A stretch of 59,035 nucleotides of DNA, filler included, from Catajapyx aquilonaris (lineage: Eukaryota), in the NCBI GenBank assembly GCA_000934665.2. It is 4 parts of 4 records of this genome, joined end to end, with 100 filler letters (N's around TTAATTAATTAA, not from the genome) between each part and the next. Parts side by side here need not be neighbours in the genome. Positions count along the whole stretch, not along the records: positions 1 to 14,697 come from JYFJ02007715.1; 3 more parts are not named here. One strand, 5' to 3'. The first letter of the stretch is position 1; each line of letters begins with the position of its first letter. The position numbers and the translations under genes were made by a program. Of this stretch, positions 1 through 12,300 are shown piece after piece. Below the pieces are notes generated by a model. The model worked only from the letters and a program-made list of their open reading frames with translations, did no database searches and had not been told where the DNA came from.

Positions 1-100
1 TGACTTGCGGTTCTCCCGATCATCTCTTCTCGACCAAAAAGGAAAATAACTGGAATGAAGGTCAGGCACTCGCAGCAGGTCCCAGGCGTAACCATGGCAT

Positions 101-149
101 CATAATAATAATGATAATAATGATAATAATAATGATAATTATAATAATA
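101..149. repeat. (ATA/ATG)n trinucleotide microsatellite
   Basis: Imperfect cataataataatgataataatgat... run. Confidence 0.85.
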
Positions 150-660
150 CAACAACAGACAATCCTCATATCGCATGGATTCGCTTTTACTTTTACTCAT
201 TGTCAATAGGGCCCCTGGGGAGGAGGACAGGAGTGCAGTGAAGAGGGGGGGCCTTCGAATGCATGTGTAAGTAGGTTATCTCAAGTTTCCATACTTCACT
301 TCCACTGAATATCCAAAAATGTCCGTGAAAAAAAACATTAAACTATTGCCAATTTCCTATACTGCAGCATTGCAATTTGAAATCCCGCCGGAAATCAAGT
401 TCCAATATGGCCGCCCCATAAGGACTACGTGGAGACAGTACCCTCTCTAGGGTGGGGGAGGCAACCATGTAGGTTACCCTGGATGGCAGCATGTAGGACG
501 AGCATGCCGACTTTCCGTCTTCGCGTCTAATTAAATACGGTCTGTTATAAATGCATTTAACCACTACTTCCTATTTTACTGGAAAATTACGCCACCCTTT
601 TATCCGAAGTTGGCAACACTGAGACAACGTGGGGTTGTTCTAGCCACGCCCCCTTTCCGC

Positions 661-1138
661 ATGGCACTGGAACCCGAGACCTGCACCCGATTCCACTCGG
701 GAAAAATTGGCGAAAAGGGAAGAAGTGTTCGACGGGGAGTTATGTCCGAATGCAGCGGGGAATGGGTACCACTCGACGAGAGTGACCAGAAAACATCCGG
801 TGGACAGGATCAGGGGACCGCCAACATGGAACCCTCCGATGGGAATCAGGGAAAAGTCAACAGGGGGGACCTGGAATCCGCCTATGGAATTCAGGGATCT
901 TACGATGGAATGATAAGTCAGGTATCATCCGATGGACGTCGGGGATCATCATCCGTGCGTGGTACTACTAGTCAGGATTCCTCCTGTTGGAGTAACGAAC
1001 CTGCCCAAGGGACTCAGGAATCCTTCGTGGGTGGAAGTCAGGAAGCCATCTTGTGGAGTCAGCATTCCACCGATTTGAGCACCGAAATCGCCCGTAAGAC
1101 CCAGGAAAGCCCTCATCTGAGTCTTCATCAAATAATAG
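661..1138 (+). CDS. RBBP5: Putative first coding exon of RBBP5 with a long Ser/Gly/Gln-rich N-terminal extension (start ATG 661 or 742)
   Basis: Open frame ends at donor ATAATAG|GTATGG (intron from 1139) in phase 1, matching the phase-1 acceptor at 1978. The spliced junction reads LSLHQIIE-TFGQNYP versus canonical MNLELLE-SFGQNYP. No other MNLELL exon was found in 1-1977. Confidence 0.6.
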
Positions 1139-1977
1139 GTATGGCTGTAGTTACTCATGTGCTAACTCTTCATGAGGCAGCAATCTTGGTTGTGTATTAG
1201 TGTGATATTCCTGCAAATATGGTAGCAGGCAGTACCATAAATATAAAGTGGGCAACCAGTTACGTGCAATCATCAAATACATTACCTGTAAGATTTAACA
1301 AAATTAACAATATGCAGTAGGAAAATCTTGTGACTGTATAAGATATAACATGTGAATGTATGTTTGTTTGTGTGTTCTCAATGCAAATCAATGTGGAGCA
1401 CTCGCTATAGAAGTCCTAGGAGATTCAGTTAGGGGCAACTTTTGGTGCTAAATATTTTGGGAATATTTGATATTACGGTACTTCTGAGGTCATTTTTTTA
1501 TTTCAGGAGTACAAAATGAGGCCTAAATGTATTGTTGAAACTCGAATGCATAGCTTATTTTTGCAATTTATGTGTCAGTTGATGAAGAAGGGAAGATGCA
1601 AATATCATAATTGTTCAACAGTAACTAAAAAAAAGTACTGCTGACATTTAATTTTAAAAAGTACAGTACTGCAGACAGAGATTGGTAGGGTATAGGGTCA
1701 CTTCATATGAATTCAGATAATGATAGGAAAAGTTGTAGCATATCCATTTCAGAAATGTTATTAAAAGCATGTTCACACATACTCATGTGTTGTCAGTTGC
1801 TGAACCATAATTAAACTCATGTACCATTGGTATGTATAGACAGTATGTTTAAAAAACTCATGGTCATATAAAGAGGGTACAACCTAGTAATAGAGTGTGA
1901 TAATACTAGTTGTGTAATAGGATGTTTTTAATAAGGAAATTGACTGCTTTTTAAATGTATTGTCATTCATGTTGTAG

Positions 1978-4900
1978 AGACATTTGGGCAGAACTACCCA
2001 GACGAGTTTGAGAGCACTTTGGACTGCATTTCAGTGGCTGTTACGTGTGCCTTTAACAAACCTGGCACACTCTTGGCAGTGGGATGCAATGATGGGCGCA
2101 TTGCAATCTGGGACCTTCTCACTCGTGATCTTGCCAAAATTATAAGCGCTCATGTCCACCCTGTATCCTCACTCAGGTTTGTTATATTGGATAGTGACAA
2201 AGATAGAATGTGGCTTTATTTGGGGCTTGCATTTTACAGCTGGTCACGAACTGGATTCAAATTATTAAGCTCTTCCACTGACAACAGTGTGTGTGTGTGG
2301 AATGTTCTGGCTGGTGAATGTGAGCAGAGATACAAATTTCCATACCCTGTTCTGAAGGTGAGAACATACTTTTTCCTGTCTCTCAGTGCAGAAGGACTGT
2401 AAATGAAAAGTGTGATATATGTTATGAAATTAGGTGCAGTACCACCCTCGAAATGACAAGATGTTTCTAGTGTGTCCAATGAGGCACCAGGCTGTCATTG
2501 TTAACCTGGAAGGAAACCACCAGATGGTACCACTGGATGAAGAGGTGAGTAGTTTAAATGTGAAATAAAGATTTGAGCTTGTGGTGTTGAGTGATGACCC
2601 TTTTCTCTGCAGTCTGATCTGAACATTGTGGCCTCATTTGACCGGAGAGGTGCCTACATCTACACAGGAAATGCCAAAGGGAAGGTTCTGGTTCTCTCAT
2701 GTCATGATTTGCAAGTGAAGGCATCATTCAAAGTCGTCCAGGGGACCACAAGTGCCACTGCAGTCAAGAGTATTGAATTTTCCAGACGGGGAGAGTGAGT
2801 TTTATATGGCGCATGCAATTGATAGACACAAAACAATAAATACCTGGTTGCATGTTAATACCATAAACATGCACTGGTGCACAGCTTTTTGATAAATGTG
2901 AAGAAAAACAGGAAGACATCATTCTGAGGCACTTGATCCTCTCCCAAAAATAATACTTTCTAAACTTCCAGGCACTTCTTAATTAACACTGCTGATCGAG
3001 TGATTCGTGTATATGATGCCAATGTCGTTCTGAACTGTGGAAAAGATAGTAACCCTGAGCCTATTCAGAAACTTCAGGACTCAGTTAACAGGTAAGTGTT
3101 ACAATCGATTTTTCTGTTACAAACTCCTACAACAGTATACTGACCCCAAAAAGGACAATGTGGAAGAAGTGCTGCTTTTCGGGTGATGGTGAATACATCT
3201 GTGCTGGATCAGCCCATCAGCATGCTCTGTATGTGTGGGAAAAGAGCATTGGAAACTTGGTCAAGATACTGCAAGGGACTAAAGGAGAGCTGCTTCTGGA
3301 TGTTGTGGTTAGTTGCCCTTTATTTTAACTTCTTCATGGCATGTTATTTACTGAGTAATATTAAGGAAATAGGAAAGTTTGCGCTTTATTACTCCTGCCT
3401 TGTGAGACTATTGCAAGTTTGATGTTGATAATACAGTACATTCCCTTACACTTCATAATATTAATGTAACTTGTCTTCCTCTTTGCTTCCAGTGGCATCC
3501 AGTTCGCCCCATGATCGCATCAGTATCCTCGGGTGTGGTGTCACTCTGGGCCCGGAACCAAGTTGAGAACTGGTCCGCCTTTGCTCCAAATTTCAAGGAG
3601 CTGGATGATAATGTGGAGCATGAAGAACGTGAGTCTGAGTTTGATCTGAGCGACGAGGACAAAGTAGTGGAGGCCCTTGCCGACATGAAGGTTGAGGATG
3701 AGGACGAGATAGTGGATGTGACCACAATTATTGATCCCGTAGCTGCTTTTTGTAGCTCAGATGAGGAAGATACAAAGGATGCCAGGGGTGTACTCCTCTA
3801 CCTGCCCATTCCACCAGAAATAGAAGACCCTGAGGAAGGGTGGGGTAGCAGCCAAGGTACAGAAGGTGGAAGGGAAGAACCTCCCAGTGGATCTGGATCT
3901 GGAAAGAGGGCAGGCGAGCAGAAGGAAAACACGCAGCCAAGGAAGAAGACCAAGACATATGATATGCAACTGGATAATCCACCTGTTGATGGTGAGTGGA
4001 GGGTGAAGCAATTAGGCTGCAACATGACTGTAATTGTTATTATTATGGCAAACGTACAGTATAAGTGAGAAACAACAAGTAATTGTCTGTGCCCCAGCTT
4101 CTGAGTTAGAGGCATTACATAATGTGGTATTAGAAAGGGGAAGTTGCATGAGACAGTAACACCAACAATACAGTCATGACACTCATAACTGTTATGAGTG
4201 TTATGACAGTATTGTTGGTGTTCACTGTATTTTGCTAAAATATTACAGTAAGATCTGCATACTCTATATGTAGGTATGATGTAAGAAAGATATATTGTGG
4301 TTGAGCAATAACATTATTTAAATGATATAAAAATCCATATTCATTGAACGTTGAAGTTAGCTACAGGATTACCTATCAAACTTGTGAGGTACAAGTGGTC
4401 CTGTGAAGCTCCAACAACCCTGGAATTGGTATGCAAGTGACTGGTTCAAACAACAAAAAACTCTGCTCAGCATGGTTGGCACCAGTGTTAGAACCTGGGG
4501 CCTCCCAAATGGCAGCCTAACACCTAACTACTAGATAGGGCTGCCTTTGTTATATGCAAAGAGACATAAGTCCCTGAAATGTTTGGTTTGTTCATCTACA
4601 TTGCATGACATAATATTGGATGCCTGTCCAAGTTGCATTACAACAAAGGCCAGAATTTTGACCAAATTCTGAACAAATTGCTACTGGGCTCTATTCCTAA
4701 GCCATGTGGAAATACTGATGAGGGAAATTATTTTTATTGGTTTCTATTAATGCAGGGCAAGTGAGTACTGAATCTCAATATGGTAGGATGTTAAACAACA
4801 CTCAATGACTTTTGCATACAAAAGTCATTGAGTGTCAAATTGAGATCAAAAGAGTGCAAGCAGAAGTCTTTCACATACATGTGAAAGACTTCTGCTTGCA

Positions 4901-5169
4901 CTCTTTTGAATATGAAATAATTGGCCACTTCTGTCTCCACATTCTCATTCAAGACATCAAAATAATTTCCCAGGTCATTTCTCATTGTATTCTTGAACTC
5001 TCCCGTTGCAGAAACACACCCTCTTTTGAGCACACGTCCAAAGGACAAGCGGCAATCAGGATCCAAAAAGGCTAGAGATGGATATGGAAGAAGCAGCAGG
5101 AAGAAAGTTCGGGAATCGAAGGGTGATGGAAAGAAGATAAAGGAGAAAGGAAAGTACGGCGCAAAGTGA
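1978..5169 (+). CDS. RBBP5: Retinoblastoma-binding protein 5 (WD40 core subunit of COMPASS/MLL H3K4 methyltransferases), exons 2-9
   Basis: GT-AG exons 1978-2176, 2240-2357, 2434-2544, 2613-2794, 2972-3091, 3154-3307, 3493-3991, 5012-5169 splice in frame to TFGQNYPDEF..LAVGCNDGRI..VQYHPR..SFDRRG..INTADRVIRVYD..WKKCCFSGDGEY..WHPVRP..NWSAFAPNFKELD..EERESEFD..VDV..AFCSSDEE..ETHPLL..stop (TGA 5167-5169), the RBBP5 signature as recalled. Confidence 0.96.
4158..4222. repeat. Near-perfect palindrome in last RBBP5 intron
   Basis: aacaccaacaatacagtcatgacactcataac-t-gttatgagtgttatgacagtattgttggtgtt. Confidence 0.85.
4478..4546 (-). mobile_element. Decayed tRNA-derived SINE head
   Basis: Minus strand GGCAGCCCTATCTAGTAGTTAGG...GCCATTTGGGAGGCCCCAGGTTCTAACAC with degenerate A/B boxes. 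Confidence 0.45.
4798..4909. repeat. Two adjacent perfect hairpins (17-bp arms 4798-4835; 31-bp arms 4846-4909)
   Basis: acactcaatgacttttg/caaaagtcattgagtgt and tcaaaagagtgcaagcagaagtctttcacat/atgtgaaagacttctgcttgcactcttttga. Confidence 0.9.
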
Positions 5170-5207
5170 CCTAGTTAGTGTTATTGTACTGTACTGTCCC
5201 ATCAATT

Positions 5208-5213
5208 AATAAA
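5208..5213 (+). terminator. Candidate polyadenylation signal of RBBP5
   Basis: AATAAA about 40 nt after the stop codon. Confidence 0.5.
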
Positions 5214-5979
5214 GATATGGCATTTTACGAGATGTTTTCTGTGCTAATTATGGGTCGAAGGGTGATGGAAAGACCAGAAGAAAATCAACAAATGCATCAC
5301 GCAATGTTTTCAACGCACATAAGAGGTACAGGCTGTACATATCGAAAATGTAATGAAGTATTTACTGGCAAATTCAGTGCTGTAAGTCAAGGGTAAGGCC
5401 GCAAGGGAAAATAAATGGTCAATATCGATTGGTATTACGCAATAATTTCATTCTTCTTGCTTATGCGTTCTTTTCCTCTCCAATAGTAGTCTATTCTCTT
5501 TTTTTCATATCGATTGAGGGGTATTGGTAAAGCTGGAGATATTACTCATATTGGACACTCCACCACCTTTGGGAGATTTAATTGCAATTAAACGTTGTGT
5601 TGTATTTCAAGTCATCATTGACAAAAAAAATTAAATCCGCAATATTAATTATTGTGGGTCTGTTCTGGTCAATAATTGTGGGAACAGAGGCAATTATGGG
5701 AATAAGGCAAAGTGACCCCTGCGTGTGGCATTAATTTTATTCATTTTGTTGTGCACCCTGTGAAAAGGCAGGGTCATTTTCGGAGAAAACACATTAACGT
5801 CGATACAAAAGAATACCATCAAATACGTGCCAAATAGAGGTATGCATAATTGTCTTATGTAACATACGGTATACGAGGAGAAAGTCCATAATATTCGAAA
5901 AACACGAAAATTGTCAGCTATTAGCATAAATCGGATTTTCATGGGAGATTTCAAGGGCATTTAAAAGATCATCAGAAAA

Positions 5980-8248
5980 TCAATAACTCTTATTACATTT
6001 CTCTTTGCACACGACCACAAGTTTCTCAATGATAAATATTGGCAGAGCAAAAATACCGTAAGCCAATATTAATCCATAAAACAAGCCTTGCATCTGATTA
6101 ACATTCAAGGCCAAGGAAGGAACTTGCAACAAGTGACCTTTCTCTCGGGCTTCGTTGACCTTCTCTGTGAAAGGAATATAAAACGAATACTGATAGTGAT
6201 ATTCATTCAATCCAGCAGCTTCCAATCGACGAATCAAGGAATCAAATCGTGGAATAAGAATGTCGTGCTTTGGAAATACCATGTTGCAGTAGAACTGTGT
6301 TGAAGTGTCGTCCACTCGAGTAAATGGTAGGTCTCCTGCCATGTCTAGATACTTGTACGCTGGCTGGATGACAGACCAAGTTTCGCTCATGCAGGCATAA
6401 TCTTCATTAAGAACCGAGTTAAGGCATTCCTCAAAGGTTTCCCATGATTCTCCCATTTCTGCCATATACTGGAGACTTTCCACGTCTGCCTCACCATACA
6501 AGATTTTGCCGACAACAGTATGAAAGGCCAGGGAACCCCATCGCCATCCTGGCCGAGATGTCAGTTCTGCAACATTTCTGTAAGTATTCACGATGGAAAC
6601 GTTGGTCTAAATGGCCTTGTGGGAAGCATGGCAATATTGTGGTGATGCTTCCCACAATTACCATATCGATAAATCATGCATGAATTTTCTTTATTAGGGA
6701 GGAACTCGTGGATGTAAGATACACAAGTAATGTGCTTAAAACTGGGATATAGAGTAAATCATACCTTGGGAGAGATTCGCGAATCGGGTTGGCCAGAAAC
6801 CCGATGAGCTTGGCCGTGTATCCACAGGTGATGACCACAGCGAATGTCCACCAGAGAGAGAGGAACATCCTGGCAGAGTGTGACCTAGGGACAAGGTTTG
6901 GGTTCTCCTCGATCAGGGTCAGGAGGACATAGGTCAGGGAGTAAGGGAAGAGGGGAGGGGAGGGCTTGGGGAAGGGGGAGGTGACCTTCTTGGAGGTGAC
7001 CAAGAGGAGAAGCCAGAGGAAGAGGCTTCCGATGAGGCAGGAGATGGCTACCAGGAGCCACATTCCGTAGGTGTATGGCCGGATTATCACGTCCCAGGAG
7101 TACAGAATACGGGGTTTACGGGTGAGAAATGTTAGAAAAGATGTGTAAAATATACATCCGTATTCGACCACTTCAAGGGGTGCAGTGAAGGCAATTGATC
7201 CTACACAAAAGTCTACTTTTCCATTGAAAATTTCTCCAGTCAGTCCAATCCATGTTCCGTCATCCATCTTGTCTTCAAGAGACACTGCATTTTCCATAAG
7301 ACGAATGTCAAGGTTAAAGTTCATGACGGTTGTCAAGTCACGAAATATGAATTCCAAGATATGAAGAAATTTCCGATCTTTAAATTTTTGCCATATAACA
7401 TCATTATCAGTGATGACCTCAAAAAATGGATAAACGGCCTCAAAAGATTTCCCGTGTAGGTCTAAAGTGAAGTCAGGAAATAGGTCATGAAGTCTGACAC
7501 TCTTTGAATCTATCTGAACTATTTGTGCTTCTCCGTGGTCGCAGAAGAAGCAGACTGACCAACGTGACGAGGTCTCCATGTCCACCACCAACTTTCTGCT
7601 GTAAGTAACAAAGGGAAGGGATTATGACTCCCCTAATACAAGATATGTGTAACTAAATATTCTGCTATATTGAGACTTGTATTACTATTAGGGATATACA
7701 GTGTTCACTCACCTGAGTATCCTGGAGTGTGGATGCTGCAGTATCTCCTCCACCCCTCCATCCCTGGTGAAGAAGACGAAGTGGTGCAGACGGGTGTGGA
7801 GGAGGACACTGGCTGCAGTGGTCTGGATCAGTGACTCCAAGTTCTGGTGACGGAGGAAGAAGACGAACAAGGCGCAGTTGGAGTGATGTGGGGCACTGGG
7901 ACGATGCAGCCAGTCGAACCAGTAAGATACTGTCGGAGCAGTAGAGTTGACACTTGGATCATCTTGAGTAACAACTTCGGTCGAAGTTTCCTGACCGTAA
8001 TGTGAGTGGTTGATGAGTACAGTTAATTGCCTTTCTTTTGCGAACCTTCCAAGTATCCCGGTGAGAAAATTAGGCAAGACGGCATAATCGTGGGAAATAA
8101 CCAACGGACATGAGTCATCCAGCTGTGAAACTATATCCACTAATAAATTTTCATCACGACACAAAGTGAGATTGCCATCGTCGTAGGTTATATCACTTGA
8201 AAACACAATTTGCGGCCGAAGAAATAAAATCACAACCAGGCTGACCAT
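5980..8248 (-). CDS. Divergent ionotropic receptor (iGluR-related chemoreceptor) IR-A, 3 exons, ~655 aa
   Basis: Exons 8248-7713, 7598-6765, 6577-5980 joined by phase-2 GT-AG introns. Hydrophobic N-terminus; LFPDF..LHG; S1 lobe DGTWIGLTGEIFNGKVD; IIRPY..WL M1; pore; PRSHSARMFLSLWW..CGYTAKLIGFL M2; S2 FPKH..RRLEAAGL; LNVNQMQGLFY..FIIEK M3. Confidence 0.93.
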
Positions 8249-9301
8249 CCTGAGTGAGAACAGGTTGAGGCTAGTTGAGGCCGGTTAAGGAGAAAGCTAC
8301 ATTCGAAATGAACTAAGATTTAATAAATTCTAAAAATGTGTAATAAGATTTGAATATTTGATATTTCTTATAAGTTATAACTGTGGCAGACTTGATCATA
8401 TATTTATATTGCCTTCGTATCATGTGCAAGATTTTTATTATTGCAGTAAAGGCTTATAGCGTTCTTGAGGCAATATAAATTCTTAAATTAATTCAATGAG
8501 TCCGTCAATCCGGTAACCGACAGTGTCCTTTTAACAGAATGGTTTATAGATGCCCTGTTCCATTCATTCATACACAACGATGATGAATTTTTATTGTGGG
8601 ATGAGGAAACGGGATAACCCACATAGAAGCTTTTTCTAATTTTTGCGGCTGTAAGACAGAATATAATTATAAATATTCAAGTCGGACTTTATTACTTTGT
8701 TAGGTCCCACTTCTGAGGACACATCCCCAAGAGGCATGGATACAAAAATATGCCGACAAGTACGGTGAAACATATTCATAAGCCTGAGATGACCAATGTG
8801 ATATAAGATAGTCTACATAATGCAGTTCTAGGAGTGAGAAGCACCGGCACAACAATTCACAGAAATGTTCATAAGTTATACGAGAATCTTAAAATATTAC
8901 ATGAATAATACTTTGGTACCGTAAAATTATGGTTTTACCTCACTCTACTTCAGAGAGTGCAACTACCGCAGTATATAATTATCACGGCATTGCAAGTAAC
9001 TCAATTTTTCTCTACAAGTAGTACATAATAATGACGTATGCCCAACTCCGAGTGCAATAACATTGAATCAGTGGTGACACGTGTTACTACGTATATGTGG
9101 GAATAACTAACGAAAGGCACTTTTCTTCAGACGAACTGCAGTACTACTGTACGTAGGCTACAGTACATATATGGACGGCGTAAAAAGAAAGACGTATAGC
9201 CTATATACAGTATAACGAGTATACCCGCAGAGGCATAATTATGTGCAGCTTGGCAACGACTGGCTTCTCGAAGCCTGAATATTTTTGCTTGTTATAAATT
9301 C

Positions 9302-12300
9302 TCACCAACATCTCTTTTTGCGTCTCTCTCTGCAAGCGACAATCTTCTCAATAATAAAGGTGGGTAAGGCTATAACAGTGTAAGTCAAGGCTAATCCGTA
9401 AAACAAACCTTGCATCTGTTTAATGTTCAAGGCCAAGGAAGGAACTTGCATCAAGTGGCCTCTCACTCGGGCTTCGTTTACCTTTTCCTTGAAAGAAACA
9501 TCAGATGAATACTTCAAGTAATATTCATGCAATCCTGAAGCTTCCAATCGAAGAAGCAAGGAATCAAAGCGTGGGAGGAGGAGATGGTGCTTTGGAAATG
9601 CCATGAGGCCGACGTACTTCGTTGAAGTGTCGTCCACTAGAGAAAATGGTAGGTTTCCTGCCATGTCCAGAAAACTGTGGGCTTGGTGCCTAATATACCA
9701 GGTGTCGCTCATGCAGGCATAGTTTTCATTGAGGACAGACAGAAGGCATTCCTCGAAGGTGTCTCTTCCTTCCATCTGGTCTGCCAAATTCTGGAGATTT
9801 TCTACATCGCACTCATCATCAAACAGGATCTTGAAAAAAATGACATGGAGGCCCAGAGAACCCCATCGCCATCCTGGTCGGGATGTCAATTCTGCAACAT
9901 CCCTGAAAAAATATACAGGAAGCATTGGTATAAATCAATAACCATTTCATGTGAGGCATTACAATATATTGAATCAATAAATTATTCGATGCATCTAGAA
10001 TCTAGACTATAGTACCGTATTTCTTATTGAGGAGGTCGGGGATGTCTACCGAACCAGTAAAAATGCTCGTTAAAAAAAGAAAAACTAATATGAACAACAA
10101 TACAGAGTGTCTAAAAATTATTGCAGCCGTTTCAAAAAATTACTGTGGGTTTTTAAATTTTAAATCTTTTGGAGGAAGTACGATAGCTTATGTTTGTTAG
10201 TTCCCTACAGAAATCTAGGAGAATGCATATCCATCGGAAGGGGTTACATGTTACGAGGGATTTCATGCCGAATTTTCAGCTTCTAAAAATGAGCCTTTAA
10301 TTCCCGTATAGCCTATTATCTTTACATGTATAACATCTACTGTACTGTACGTACCGGTGTATCTTATTATTCCCCTCTATGCTATATTCAGTAGGCCTAC
10401 GCATATCGATATAAATCGACATCCTGCGACTAGCTTCCTCTTATTGACCCCCATCGTAACAATGTTTCGCACCTTTCGTATCGTATTTTTTGACACGTCC
10501 AATCGGCATAAATTCCACGCATGCATTGACTACGCTAACCGAGGCGTGATTGGCCACCTAAGATGACAATCATCATCTAGGCCTACTGTGTTCCAGTGTC
10601 AATGGCAGGCATTAATTCACGGCGTCACAATGAAGGCCCATTAACCGGCTTTATATGGCACTCCAGATTGTCCCCCAGTTCTAACTGCATCCCAGTACGC
10701 CTCCTCCGCCACGTCGAATTCGTAATTACTGACTCTTTCTCAGATTCAGGTTTAGCTCCTAATATTATAATAATATTAGAATAATAATATAATATAATAA
10801 ATTATTATTTTATAGGAGCTACACCTGAAAGATCAACGACACTACCCACATACACTACATGACTATATTTTAGTAAATCGTACCTTGGCAGGGATTCGTG
10901 GGCTGGGTTTGCAAGAAACCCGATTATTTTGACGGTGTATCCACATGTGATGACCACAGCGAATGTCCACCAGAGAGAGAGGAACATCCTGGCAGAGTGT
11001 GACCTCGGGACAAGGTTTGGGTTCTCCTCGATCAGGGTCAGGAGGACATAGGTCAGGGAGTAAGGGAAGAGGGGAGGGGAGGGCTTGGGGAAGGGGGAGG
11101 TGACCTTCTTGGTGGTGACCAGGAGGAGAAGCCAGAGGAAGAGGCTTCCGATGATGCAGGAGATGGCGATCAGGAGCCACATTCCGTAGGTGTAGGGTCG
11201 GATTATCACGTCCCAGGAGTACAGAATTCGAGGCTTTCGGGTGAGGTATGCCAAGTGAGATGTGTAAAAGGCGTATCCGTATTCGACCACTTCAAGGGGT
11301 GTCGTGTAGGCCAGTGCTCCTGCAGCAAAGTCTACTTTCCCATAGAGAACTGCTCCAGTGAGTCCAATCCATGTTCCGTCATCCATTTTATCTTCTGGAG
11401 ACACTGCGCCTTCCATGAAATCAATCTTCAGTTCAAAGTTCATGGCAGTAGCCAAGTCGCGTACTACAAATTCCATGAGGTTAAGGAATTCCCCCTCTTG
11501 AAATTTTTCCTCGATAACGTCACGATCAGTGCGTACGTCATGGAATGGATAAGATGCTACAAAAGACTTTCCATGTAAGTCAACAGTAAAGTCAGGAAAT
11601 AAATCATGAATCATGATGATGTTTGACTCTATCTCAATTATACTCTCTTCTCCGTTGTTGCAGAAGAAGCAGGCTGACAATCGTGACGTGGTCTCCATGT
11701 CCACCACAATTTTTTTGCTGCAAGTGAAAAAATGTGACTCATTCACATCTGTTATAAATTTATTATATAATAGTTTTATTTACCCGCTGGGCTTTACGGG
11801 CCCTTGTCCAGTAAATTTATTTTTACAACCTTACACTTTTTACTGTGACACTTTATTGCACTTGCAACTGTACTGACATCACACTCTGTAGACAACAATG
11901 ATTTTCAGCAAATGATCAAACCATAAAAGGCCTGTGACACAAGCGCTCTTTTTCTACATGAGTCTTGTAAATTTAAATGCCGCGTTTATTCTGGATACGA
12001 ACTTATGACAGAGGGGTACCTTTGTCGTACTTTGTTAGCTTCATAAAATACTACACGTATTTATCTCAGTCAATCAATTCAGCAAAACTAGGATCTGTGT
12101 ATATGCAATATTATTTTACTCACCCGAGTATCCTGGAGTGTGGATGCAGAAGTATCTCCTCTGCCCCTCCATCCCTGGTGAAGAAGACGAAGTGGTGCAG
12201 ACGGGTGTTGAGGAGGACACCGGCTGCAGTGGTCTGGATCAGTGACTCCAAGTTCTGGTGACGGAGGAAGAAGACGAACAAGGCGCAGTTGGAGTGATGG

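Noticed and set aside
1335..1560. Helitron-like 5' end in RBBP5 intron 1
   Set aside because: Degenerate start and no 3' hairpin/CTAG found.
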